Part shown: positions 55,009 to 64,000 of the stretch, in pieces | Layout of the letters: each line of letters opens with the position of its first letter | Numbering within the stretch: the first letter of the stretch is position 1 | Assembly: GCA_946965045.2 (NCBI GenBank) | Contig: OX337238.1 | Coordinates: forward strand, 1,240,001 to 1,304,000 | Source: Epithemia pelagica | Taxonomy: Eukaryota > Protista > Bacillariophyta | DNA length: 64,000 nucleotides | Reading direction: 5' to 3' | Translations under genes and position numbers: made by a program | The notes under the pieces: model-generated | Database searches by the model: none | Seen by the model: only the letters and a program-made list of their open reading frames with translations | What the model was told of the DNA's origin: nothing

Positions 55009-57360
55009 ATGGGTGGTGGATCCTTGGTGTGGCTCCTCCTGCTGCCGTTGTTCCTGCTGGGTTTGGAGCATGGGGCACAACCGTGTTGGGGCTGGACCAG
55101 TGTTTCGATAGTACATCGTGCTCCTCGTTGGTTGGGGCTGCGTCGACCGTTGTGGAGATTGTCCGTCCATCCCGACGACGACTATGTGGACCATGGCCCA
55201 GAGACCGACGACGAGTTTTCGTTCTCGGACTGGAATCCAGACGACACGGACAATCATCCTCCACTTTGGTACAATGATTTTGACGACACGTGGGTGGGAG
55301 GACAATCCTCCAACGACGACAACGACAAGGACGACAAGGGTTCCACATCGTCGTCGTCGTCTTCTTCGTCTTCCATGGCCGTGTGGACGGCCCAATTGCA
55401 ACAACGGATTCATCAAGTCCAGGAACAAGAAGCGCAGGTTCAAGCCCACATTCAACACAATTGGCAACGGGGCAATTGGCACGTGCGGGGCGTCTCCTTG
55501 GATACCAGCAATACCGTAGTACCTCCCGATCAAGAACAAGAAGAACCAGAAACGGACACGACGGAACGACGAAGGATTCAAGGCTCGGGTGGACGACATC
55601 CATTGTTGCAGTCCTCCCCATTGGACGTTTCCCAACCACCACCCGAATCCTTGTGGAATTCTCCACCGAATGCCTTGGGGGTCGACGTCAAGTCGCCATC
55701 CTCCGGGTCGTCGTCCGATTCCATTTCCATTACCGCCATGGCTCTTCAATCCCTGGACGACGACGACGACAACTCGGATAGACGATTGATTTGGTGGTTG
55801 GGACGGTCCAATGGCAGTTTGATGGCCTTGCAATGGTCGGACGAGGAAGTGTGGGCCCGCTTTCGCATGCAATTGGTACCCACGACGACAACGACACCGA
55901 CGACGGAACCGTCGTGGATGGTCAAACCAGGGCTCGCCAAGGAACCATCCCCATCAGAGGAGGACGACGACCAGAATCAGAACCCTACCAGAGTCGGACA
56001 CGAGGGATTTCAAATCCTGGCCCAAGAATTGTCGGAACCAACCACTGCTCCCATTCAACATGTCTTACCGTTGAAACCACAACACCAAGACGACGAGTCG
56101 TCCACGGGAGTCTTTGTCCTTTCCTCCACCACGACGGGATCCGGCACCATTACGGTCCATCGCACTACAATCCTGGAGGATCATGGTCCCCTGCCGGAAC
56201 CGCCCACGTCCTACACCTTTTTGCAACGCCACGGTGAATACAGTGGAGTGCATTCGCAACCACTGGTGGCCTTGACACAAGTCTCCTTGGCCACGTCCTC
56301 CTCGGACCAAACGTCGACAACTCGATTCATTTGTTCCGTGTCCCGCGATGGGAGTGTCGCGCTCTGGGCCGTGCCCGACGACAAGAACCGCAATCCCTTG
56401 GTGGCCCGTATCCAATTGCATCCCCCCGTTTCCTCCCAGGACAACGACGATCACAACAACGACAATGAGTCGTCTCCACCCCGGTTTCACCCCGTGACGG
56501 CCGCTCATGTGTCACCGCAACGACTCCATGTCGGCACCCACGACGGTCACGTGTGGATCTACCAGTGGGCCGATGTGGTCGAAAAAGGCCTGATGGTTGG
56601 GAAACCACCACAAGAACCAGTGACCGTCTCCTTGTATCCCGTCGGATCGCTCCAGACATCTCCCGACCACCACGCCTCTGTGACGGCCATTACCGAATTC
56701 ACCGTGGAGAAGAACCACGACGATACCAACAACAACAACAACAACCAGAATGGCTCTCCCGCCACGGTGTATTTGGCCATTGGCAATGACCGAGGAATGG
56801 TTCGACACTGGCAACTCTTGGAACGAACGGTACAGGAACCTGCTGCACATCAGCAGCAACCACGGAGGATTGTGGAACCGTGGCCCAAATTACAACGTCA
56901 AACATTGCCGGGAGGTGTGGCCCATGTCTTTCCCCACATTCGACCCGGGCAACGACGACGGCCACCCGAGACAAAGGAGGATGAGGAGGATGATGCGACG
57001 ACCATTGTGGATGTGGCCTATCTGGTTGTTCCCAGTCGTCCGATTCGTACTACGAGCTCGTCCCCCACGGATAATGCGACCCAACGTCCTCGTACGAAAC
57101 CACTCCTCGTGCTCTTGACCGCCACGCAGGATAGTGTGTGTTGTTGGAATACAGCCACGGGCCAGGAATTGCATGAATTGCTGGGCTTTGACCACTTGAC
57201 CACGATTTGTCCCGTACCGGCTCCCCGGTCCGCCTTTTGTACCACGGGAATGAAACACGTGGCGTGCATTCACGATTATACCAACAATGACGAATTGGAC
57301 AATGAGGAGGACGACGAGGAGGACTTTGATGTCGGCGACTATCTCAACTTTGACGAATAA
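55009..57360 (+). CDS. WD40-like beta-propeller protein with signal peptide, possibly plastid-targeted
   Basis: Hydrophobic leader ending ..PCWG/W followed by an Arg-rich stretch. Blade-like motifs SVSRDGSVALW, VGTHDGHVWIY, IGNDRGMVRHW, TATQDSVCCW. Confidence 0.65.
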   Translation: MGGGSLVWLLLLPLFLLGLEHGAQPCWGWTSVSIVHRAPRWLGLRRPLWRLSVHPDDDYVDHGPETDDEFSFSDWNPDDTDNHPPLWYNDFDDTWVGGQSSNDDNDKDDKGSTSSSSSSSSSMAVWTAQLQQRIHQVQEQEAQVQAHIQHNWQRGNWHVRGVSLDTSNTVVPPDQEQEEPETDTTERRRIQGSGGRHPLLQSSPLDVSQPPPESLWNSPPNALGVDVKSPSSGSSSDSISITAMALQSLDDDDDNSDRRLIWWLGRSNGSLMALQWSDEEVWARFRMQLVPTTTTTPTTEPSWMVKPGLAKEPSPSEEDDDQNQNPTRVGHEGFQILAQELSEPTTAPIQHVLPLKPQHQDDESSTGVFVLSSTTTGSGTITVHRTTILEDHGPLPEPPTSYTFLQRHGEYSGVHSQPLVALTQVSLATSSSDQTSTTRFICSVSRDGSVALWAVPDDKNRNPLVARIQLHPPVSSQDNDDHNNDNESSPPRFHPVTAAHVSPQRLHVGTHDGHVWIYQWADVVEKGLMVGKPPQEPVTVSLYPVGSLQTSPDHHASVTAITEFTVEKNHDDTNNNNNNQNGSPATVYLAIGNDRGMVRHWQLLERTVQEPAAHQQQPRRIVEPWPKLQRQTLPGGVAHVFPHIRPGQRRRPPETKEDEEDDATTIVDVAYLVVPSRPIRTTSSSPTDNATQRPRTKPLLVLLTATQDSVCCWNTATGQELHELLGFDHLTTICPVPAPRSAFCTTGMKHVACIHDYTNNDELDNEEDDEEDFDVGDYLNFDE

Positions 57361-57611
57361 ACTCTAGAGAACCAAGGTCTTTTGGTTTTTCAGTCTGTTT
57401 TGATCCTTGTCATTGGTCCATGCAAAAAGTCTCGTTGTTTTGTCCTTCTCGAGCGATGAAAAAAAGATTACGCTCCAAGTAGTGCTTTAAAGGATCTAGG
57501 CGTAGCACGAGGGTCTATGATTATTTGTAATGAGAGCCATGAGGGTCTATGAGTATTTGTATTGCGAGCCAATCGAGCGCCGTTCTCGTATGAGTGGCAC
57601 CGATGGCATTC

Positions 57612-58748
57612 TTATCTCATTGTAGGCTTTGATGGTGTCGTATTCTTTGTCGTCGTCGATGTTGTCGTTGTTGTTGGTGGTGTAGGCTCCTGTTCTAGTA
57701 CGTGGGTGCATTCCTTTTCGTACCGATACAACCAAAAGGTCCATCGCAACCATCCTCGCGTCAAACCAGGTTCCGGCAAGGTTTGGGTCCGGACAAAGCC
57801 ACATTTTTCGTAGAGTTTGTGGGCTGGACGTTGAATGTTGCTGCACGTCAAAAAGATCTGAAAGGACGAGGAGGAGGAATAAGAAGAAGACACAGATGAC
57901 GACGACGATGATGATGATGATGATGATAGGAAAGAGGATGAAATGGCACCTGGTGGAGACGGGGGCAATTCTGTTCCCAAACTTTGTTGCAAACACTGGA
58001 CCAATCGTCGTCCCACGGATCGACCATGAAAGGCTGGATCTACCACCATGCGCCGGAGTTCGTACACGACTTTTGTATTCTTCTTCTTGTCGTCGTTGTC
58101 GTTTGTGGCCAGCGAACGATATTGTCCTCCGACACAGCCCACAATCCGATTCGACGCCTTGTCGACGGCCACCAAAAACGTGCCTTGATGGGGAAAATAG
58201 ACTTGGTCAATCTGGGACAAGTCGGCTTGCAGAGAATGGTGAATAAATTGATGAAACAAATAGATTGTATCCTGTTTCAAATACCGATAGGACCAGGCCA
58301 TGAGAAAAAGTGCCGCGATGGAGGCCATGACATGACAAGCGATGGACGGTGTGAGAAAGGTCGTCAGAGACCCTCCATTGTTCCAATGTTCTGGATCCAA
58401 GGCCCAATGGGTCAAGCTTCCAACGACCATATAGATCACGATCGCACCCACTAGAGTTCCACCCACAAAAATTTGGGGTGACTGTTGTACAAAGTCCTTC
58501 ATGGCCATGTCAATCAGACTGCCCATACTGTTCGCAAAGACTTGATGGACTCCCGCTTGATCGTGTGGTTCGTACCGACGAATGAGTATCGAGTCGTTTT
58601 CAAAATACACAATGGATTCGTCGGGCATCCGGCCTTTGGCTGGTTCCTCACGGAAGAACTCACCCATTCGACCCTGGTTGGGTGGTGGAACTGTCGCCTC
58701 CAGTTGGTCGATTCGATTCGTTGGTTCGTCGTCCAACGCTGCCGCCAT
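57612..58748 (-). CDS. GNAT acetyltransferase, NAT8/camello-like; paralog of 43145-44383
   Basis: IRRYEPHD, FLVAVD..IVGCVG, ELRRMVVDPAFHGRSVGRRLV, TCSNIQRPAHKLYEKCGF. Confidence 0.88.
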   Translation of the reverse strand: MAAALDDEPTNRIDQLEATVPPPNQGRMGEFFREEPAKGRMPDESIVYFENDSILIRRYEPHDQAGVHQVFANSMGSLIDMAMKDFVQQSPQIFVGGTLVGAIVIYMVVGSLTHWALDPEHWNNGGSLTTFLTPSIACHVMASIAALFLMAWSYRYLKQDTIYLFHQFIHHSLQADLSQIDQVYFPHQGTFLVAVDKASNRIVGCVGGQYRSLATNDNDDKKKNTKVVYELRRMVVDPAFHGRSVGRRLVQCLQQSLGTELPPSPPGAISSSFLSSSSSSSSSSSVSSSYSSSSSFQIFLTCSNIQRPAHKLYEKCGFVRTQTLPEPGLTRGWLRWTFWLYRYEKECTHVLEQEPTPPTTTTTSTTTKNTTPSKPTMR

Positions 58749-59297
58749 TTTGGTGTTGCAATGTGTTTCCGTATGGTTGGTTTGAGAAATACTACAAGTC
58801 GAGAGAAACGTGCTCACCACAACAAACGTGACCGGTGGCACCAATAACAACATATAGGAGTATAGAGCCCTTTCACTTTTTTGTGTACCTGTATCGGCAC
58901 AATCGAACCTCGGGTGTTTGTCAGATGGGTTTGGAACTAGAGCGTAAAAGATCGTGCATACGACAGTGCTGGAGAAGCCTTTTTTGCTTCCGTGTGGAGA
59001 ACCAATCCGAAAGAAAGATCGCTTTTCAATCGCTCCTATCAAACGTGCGTCATTAATCCTGAGTGCTCCAAACGGTTACAGGGTTAAATAATGTGTTAAA
59101 CTTTGGCACCGTTACTTCTAGGGAGTTCCGCAGGTTTTGAAACCGTAATTTTGAAATTTCAAACCTTCCCTCCATTTGAACGAAAGATCACGAACAGATG
59201 TCACGCTTTTACAAACGCATCGATCATACATTATAATATCATCGACAAAAGCACCCTCGCCTTGTCTCTCTCCTGTCGTCTTGTTTGTGGATGAACC

Positions 59298-60575
59298 ATG
59301 ACGGATGCTCCTGGAACCATCGCACAAAGAACGGACGAACAAGAAGAGGAGGAGGAAGAAGAAGCACGATCCGAAACCGAGCCGCCTTCCGAGAATGCCC
59401 CGATGGTTGCCAAGAAGCGCAGAAAGAGATCTCGTCCGTTTGGTGCGTTCAACAAGGGAAAAAAGTTTGTTCCACCCTTTTTGGAAAACCTGGACCAATC
59501 CAACATTTCCACGTTTTCGGTCACCATGGAACAACAAATGTTTACCAATGCCGATGGGACAACGACCATGAGGGATATTGCCCTCCTCGTGGAACAGGAC
59601 GGTCAAGTGGCCAATTTGCACAAGGATGTGTCCTGTCGACAATTGCGCACCATTTGTACCAAAATTGGAGTGGGCGGCGCCAATTTGTCCAAGATTCAAA
59701 CGCGATATCGCATTGGACAACGGATTCAAGAACTTGGTCGCACCAGTAAAAAGGCCAAGACAACAACGACGACCACCACCACAACCACACCAGCAACAAA
59801 TAATACTACTGCAACAGACACACCGGCAGCTACTACCACAACCACACCGGCATCCACAACCCCCATTGCTGTGCAACCACCAGCAACGGCCACAGTCACT
59901 GCCCTGCCACCAGCATCAACTGCCATGACCCTACCAGCAGCACCCACCACGGCTGCCACCGTCCCTACCACGGCTGCCACCGTTCATCCCACCATGGCGG
60001 CGGCGGCGGCAGCAGCTTCGTGGCCCTTGGCTGCCACCAAAACAGCGCTCGACCTGTCTCAAACTCCTCTCGACTTGTCCCGTCTCGAACGTGTCCAACC
60101 TCGATTCCATGTACGAGTGCCAACGCAAACGCAACAACCATCCCCCTTGCAATTGGCACTCCGACGGCAAACCCCCGTGACGACGGGCACCCAACCCCCA
60201 GACAATCCACCACCACAACAACAACAACAACAACAAGAGCAACCGCACAGCAATCAACAACAACAAGTCATTTTGGAACGACTTTCGGCCCTCCAACTCG
60301 AATTGCAGGCTTTGATGACCGAGTGGAAAGACTGGAAACACAAGCAGCAGATGGAGGAACAAAAAAGGGAAACCAACAACAACAATAAGGACTCGTACCA
60401 GAACCATTTGCATCAATACGAAGTCTTTTCACGCATCTTGCAACAGACGGAAAATCCTGCCAAACGTCGGCGCATCGAGCTCAAACTGGAACAACTCGAA
60501 GATCACTTAAATCTTCCCAAGGAAGACGACGATGCAGCAGCAGACAATGCAGCAGGAGAAAACGGAGATTCATGA
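59298..60575 (+). CDS. Hypothetical protein: basic NLS-like patch, Thr/Ala- and Gln-rich linker, C-terminal coiled coil
   Basis: 1.3 kb open frame with local codon style; no recognised domain. Confidence 0.65.
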   Translation: MTDAPGTIAQRTDEQEEEEEEEARSETEPPSENAPMVAKKRRKRSRPFGAFNKGKKFVPPFLENLDQSNISTFSVTMEQQMFTNADGTTTMRDIALLVEQDGQVANLHKDVSCRQLRTICTKIGVGGANLSKIQTRYRIGQRIQELGRTSKKAKTTTTTTTTTTPATNNTTATDTPAATTTTTPASTTPIAVQPPATATVTALPPASTAMTLPAAPTTAATVPTTAATVHPTMAAAAAAASWPLAATKTALDLSQTPLDLSRLERVQPRFHVRVPTQTQQPSPLQLALRRQTPVTTGTQPPDNPPPQQQQQQQEQPHSNQQQQVILERLSALQLELQALMTEWKDWKHKQQMEEQKRETNNNNKDSYQNHLHQYEVFSRILQQTENPAKRRRIELKLEQLEDHLNLPKEDDDAAADNAAGENGDS

Positions 60576-60904
60576 CAGCAGTTCCAGGGGGTAATGGAAT
60601 CACAGACTGTAACATGTTGTATAGTAGTACTCGCTAGAGTCTTGGATTATCATTTCGAGTTGCTTCTGCGAGGTGAGTCGCACCACATGATATGAAGCGT
60701 GATCTAGGAGCGAAAACTAGGAATGCTATGTTGTGACTTGTGACATTGGAAGTGAGATCTCCCCTCAGAAAGAACACGTCAGAAACGTGGGCCAAGAGCA
60801 TCTTCGAACAAACACTGCCGGTGGATGAGATCCTTCACGGGCAAGATACTCCCCTGAACCAAAAGAAGGATACCAACGAACCAAACAATAGACACAACCC
60901 GACG

Positions 60905-62191
60905 ATGAAAGATCCAATGATGGAGCAAAACCAACCCAGAGAAGGACTGGTCAAACACAGCGAAAACCGGCCAATGACCAAGATTTACTTTCTTTTGTCC
61001 TTCTTGTGTATTCCCGTCTTCTTCTTTTGTATGGGTGATGTTCGTTGGGGTGGTGGTTGGATTTCCTACGACTGGGTACCAGAAGCAGCAGCACACTCGT
61101 CTCATCTTCGAACCAAGGTCGTCTTGCACAGCAAGAACAAGAATGATAATATTATTTCGCCGCTTTTCGAGGAGGACCAGTTCGAAAAGGACTCGAATGA
61201 CGTTGCAGTTCCCCCCGTCATTGGTGTCATGGCCTTGCCCATGTATGGTCCGAATCCATCGGAGTTTGCCATTGCCGCATCTTATATAAAATGGTTGGAA
61301 AGTGCCGGCGCCCGAACCATTGTCATTCCCTATTTTGACAATGAAACCAGTGTCAGTCCACAAGAGCTGACACAACAGCGACAATTGTTGGACGACGTCT
61401 TTTCGCAAATACACATGGTATTTTTAACGGGTGGGGCCTCGTCGTATCCCCAAACAACCTTGAATTACTTGTTGGACAAGATTGTTGCCCACAATCGACA
61501 GGGCATGTATTTTCCCGTCTGGGGCACGTGTTTGGGCTTTGAATTTTTGATTGACTACGTATCAGGACAACGCGGTCGTGCCGACGTGACCGTATTGGAA
61601 GACGGCTATGTGGCCTCGAATGTCAGTTGGCCCTTGGAACAGGTCGTGGTCGAAGACTTGTATCGCAATCCGGCCGTCTACCAGGCAGTCCAACAACACA
61701 ATGTAACCTTTCACAATCATCAATTGGGAATTTCGCCAACCAAGTTTGTTCAAAACAGACACTTGAATCAAACCTTTGTCATTACCAGCCAGAATCATGA
61801 CCAACGTGGCCGACCCTTTGTATCATCCATTGAACCACGAAAATCATCGTCGTGGGCTTCCTTTTATTTGCCCTTTTATGGAGTCCAATATCATCCCGAA
61901 AAGAATGCCTTTGAATATGGAATTCTTCCCTCCTCGTCACCTGCCCAACCCTACGAGGTGATTAATCATTCACCGACCGGTGTGGCCTTTTCGTTGGCCC
62001 TGGCCCAGTTGGTAGTCCAATTGGCCCGTCGCTCCCAACGCGCCAATCCGACTCATTTGTATACCAAAGTTACGCAATTCCCGCCAGTGTATAAATATCC
62101 GATTCTGGTGGGAACGGAATTCGAACAAGTGTACCGGATTCCGCCGCCCATCTTGCCCAACTACACAGCAGAGGATGATAGGCAGTCATGA
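60905..62191 (+). CDS. GGH: Gamma-glutamyl hydrolase (peptidase C26); start uncertain (ATG 60905 or later)
   Basis: PVIGV, IAASYIKWLESAGAR, GTCLG (catalytic Cys), QYHPEK (catalytic His), hydrophobic anchor/signal segment. Confidence 0.92.
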   Translation: MKDPMMEQNQPREGLVKHSENRPMTKIYFLLSFLCIPVFFFCMGDVRWGGGWISYDWVPEAAAHSSHLRTKVVLHSKNKNDNIISPLFEEDQFEKDSNDVAVPPVIGVMALPMYGPNPSEFAIAASYIKWLESAGARTIVIPYFDNETSVSPQELTQQRQLLDDVFSQIHMVFLTGGASSYPQTTLNYLLDKIVAHNRQGMYFPVWGTCLGFEFLIDYVSGQRGRADVTVLEDGYVASNVSWPLEQVVVEDLYRNPAVYQAVQQHNVTFHNHQLGISPTKFVQNRHLNQTFVITSQNHDQRGRPFVSSIEPRKSSSWASFYLPFYGVQYHPEKNAFEYGILPSSSPAQPYEVINHSPTGVAFSLALAQLVVQLARRSQRANPTHLYTKVTQFPPVYKYPILVGTEFEQVYRIPPPILPNYTAEDDRQS

Positions 62192-62428
62192 GACAAAGGG
62201 GTGCGAACCTCAAACAGCACGGGCGTATCTCTCATCAGAAAGTAATGAAAGACTGTACATGACCAATTTGGGTCGTCTTTGACTTGACGGAAGCGTGGCG
62301 CAGTGAAGGCAACGGGACGCCATTGTGGGTTGCTCTACACCAGAAACTTGCGTTTGTAGTTCCTAGGTAGGCAGTTTCAAATGTTGTTCTAATCTGACAC
62401 CAAGCCATGTTACCTAATGTAGTAGTTT

Positions 62429-63392
62429 CTAGACCTGGAGTTTGTCGTCGATGGACTTGACCACAGTCTTGGAAACATCCTTGGGTGCCTTGTTTCCGTC
62501 CACTGTAACCATGATATCTTTGTAGCTATCTTTGACAGCTTCCACATTGGCATGGAACTGTTCGAGACGAACCTTGACTTTTTCTTCGGTATCGTCCGAG
62601 CGTTGGACCAAACGGTTCTTTACGGTTTCGTCCGAGGGTGGGGAAAAGGTCATGTGATAAATCTTGCCCGTTTCGGGATCCGTACGACGACCCACGACAC
62701 GTTCCACCAAAACCTCGTCGGGAACATTGAGGAAAATAAAGCAGTCGGCAGTAATGCCTGCTTCCGCAAGGGCTTGGGCCTGAGCTTGTGTACGGGGAAA
62801 GCCATCCAACAACCAACCCTGCTTCTGACAATCGTCCTCGGCCAAGCGATCTTTCACCTAAAACAACAAGCAGGTCAGATCATAGTATCGTGCCATACAA
62901 CATTGTAGTATCATGACCGTCCAAAGACTATACTTAAGACACCAATAATGACACTGTCAGGGACCAATTTGCCATTGTCCACGTAGTCCTTGGCTTGTTT
63001 GCCCACATCGGTCCCGGCTGCCACGGCTGCCCGCAACATATCACCGGTACTCAAGTGAACGACACCATACTTTTCCTTGATCACTTCGCATTGCGTTCCT
63101 TTTCCACTAGCCGGTGCACCAGAAATAATCAACTTGACGGCACGATGCTCACTGGCCGTCTTTACCGTCTCGTCGCCAGCATCCTGCACCTTTTCCTCCT
63201 CCACATAGTCCTCGGCTCGGAAGCAAAAGTTACCCATGAGTATCAAGTCTTTTTCTCTGTCTACAACCAGTTCTCTCTATTAGAGGATGGAGATGGAACA
63301 AAGTTGTGTGTCGCAAAAAGCGATGGAATCTGCGAATCTGGTGAACACGTCAGTCGTACTGTTCTGGTAGTGAGGGTCGCCCGGCGATTCAT
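62429..63392 (-). CDS. ADK: Adenylate kinase; tentative exons 63360-63392, ~62938-63276, 62429-62857; 5' structure uncertain
   Basis: P-loop [48 protein letters not shown]. The donor of the second intron reads TTAAGT, not GTAAGT. Confidence 0.85.
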
Positions 63393-64000
63393 TATTTAGA
63401 AAATGCTCGCGTCGGCGGACACTTCTACATGTGTACTTTCTTTGTTCCTCACATAACCTGGCCTACCATTCAATGGTGCGCGTAGATACAACATTCATTG
63501 GAAATTGGAAAGCAACCAGGCGAATGAAACAGGGCTCCATCATAGATGCTAAAGGCGCTGCCCCTCTATGATAAAGAGAAGGGGTCAAGAATCAATCGTT
63601 ACACAACAAAGAAAGACGATGGAATGGTACACGCAGCCAATCGGCGGAGCTCACCGCATGCACTCGTCCAACGGTTTCAGAGACATTGTTCCAGGCACCT
63701 CTATGGTCGGAATTCATAGCTACTCGAGATCAAGGGTAGGCTCTTCCATGGGGCTCTCAAGATGCGTTTCGAGCGTTCGCAGCAAGTCCTCAGCCATTTT
63801 GAAACGAAACAGCATTGCGGCAAGGGTTTCCAAAAGGAACATACGAATGATCCTATCCATTACTCTACGCCTTTCAGGAGCCTCCATTCAATGACTGATA
63901 ACACAGACAAGTCTCCTATGCAAACCCAGGCTCGCTTGTCGGGGTTTGAATTGTTAGAGGATCCTTTGGAATGGAACACCTCGGAATGGTCCGAATCGTT

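Noticed and set aside
1-64000. tRNA, rRNA or other structured RNA genes
   Set aside because: None recognised by eye; a covariance-model scan (tRNAscan-SE, Infernal/Rfam) would be needed to exclude them.

Overview
Eukaryotic nuclear DNA, most likely from a pennate diatom. This is inferred from short GT-AG introns, CAA/GAC/ACC microsatellite-rich coding sequence, a PRORP gene, an intron-containing phosphoketolase and diatom-style 2OG-oxygenase-ankyrin and MORN proteins; the species cannot be determined. The first part (about 3.4-20.6 kb) is a rearranged patchwork built around a ~7.7 kb tyrosine-recombinase retrotransposon of Ngaro/DIRS type (gag with CCCH finger, RT/RNase H, YR, split direct repeat A1/A2), now broken by nonsense codons. 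Around it are a ~10.5 kb-period tandem duplication, an AT-rich segment with TTAGG motifs, a template-switch inversion ending in a 179-bp-arm palindrome, and orphan intron-bearing fragments of a dynamin gene and probably a NOC1/MAK21 gene. The rest is an ordinary-looking gene array: LRR-ANK-kinase, PRORP, RPN12, two tandem phosphoketolases (one a pseudogene, one with a changed signature motif), two NAT8-like GNATs, an F-box/cyclin-fold protein, a MORN protein, DGAT2, a WD40-like protein, gamma-glutamyl hydrolase and adenylate kinase. The best candidates for undescribed biology are: (1) a small secreted precursor with a 28-residue 6-Cys core between RXL/RxLR sites; (2) the single-frame gag-UGA-CGG-pol arrangement of the YR retroelement; (3) the capture and rearrangement machinery around that element; and (4) gene-specific decay across the window. 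All alignments and counts were done by eye. No database searches were run, so family assignments rest on recognised motifs.
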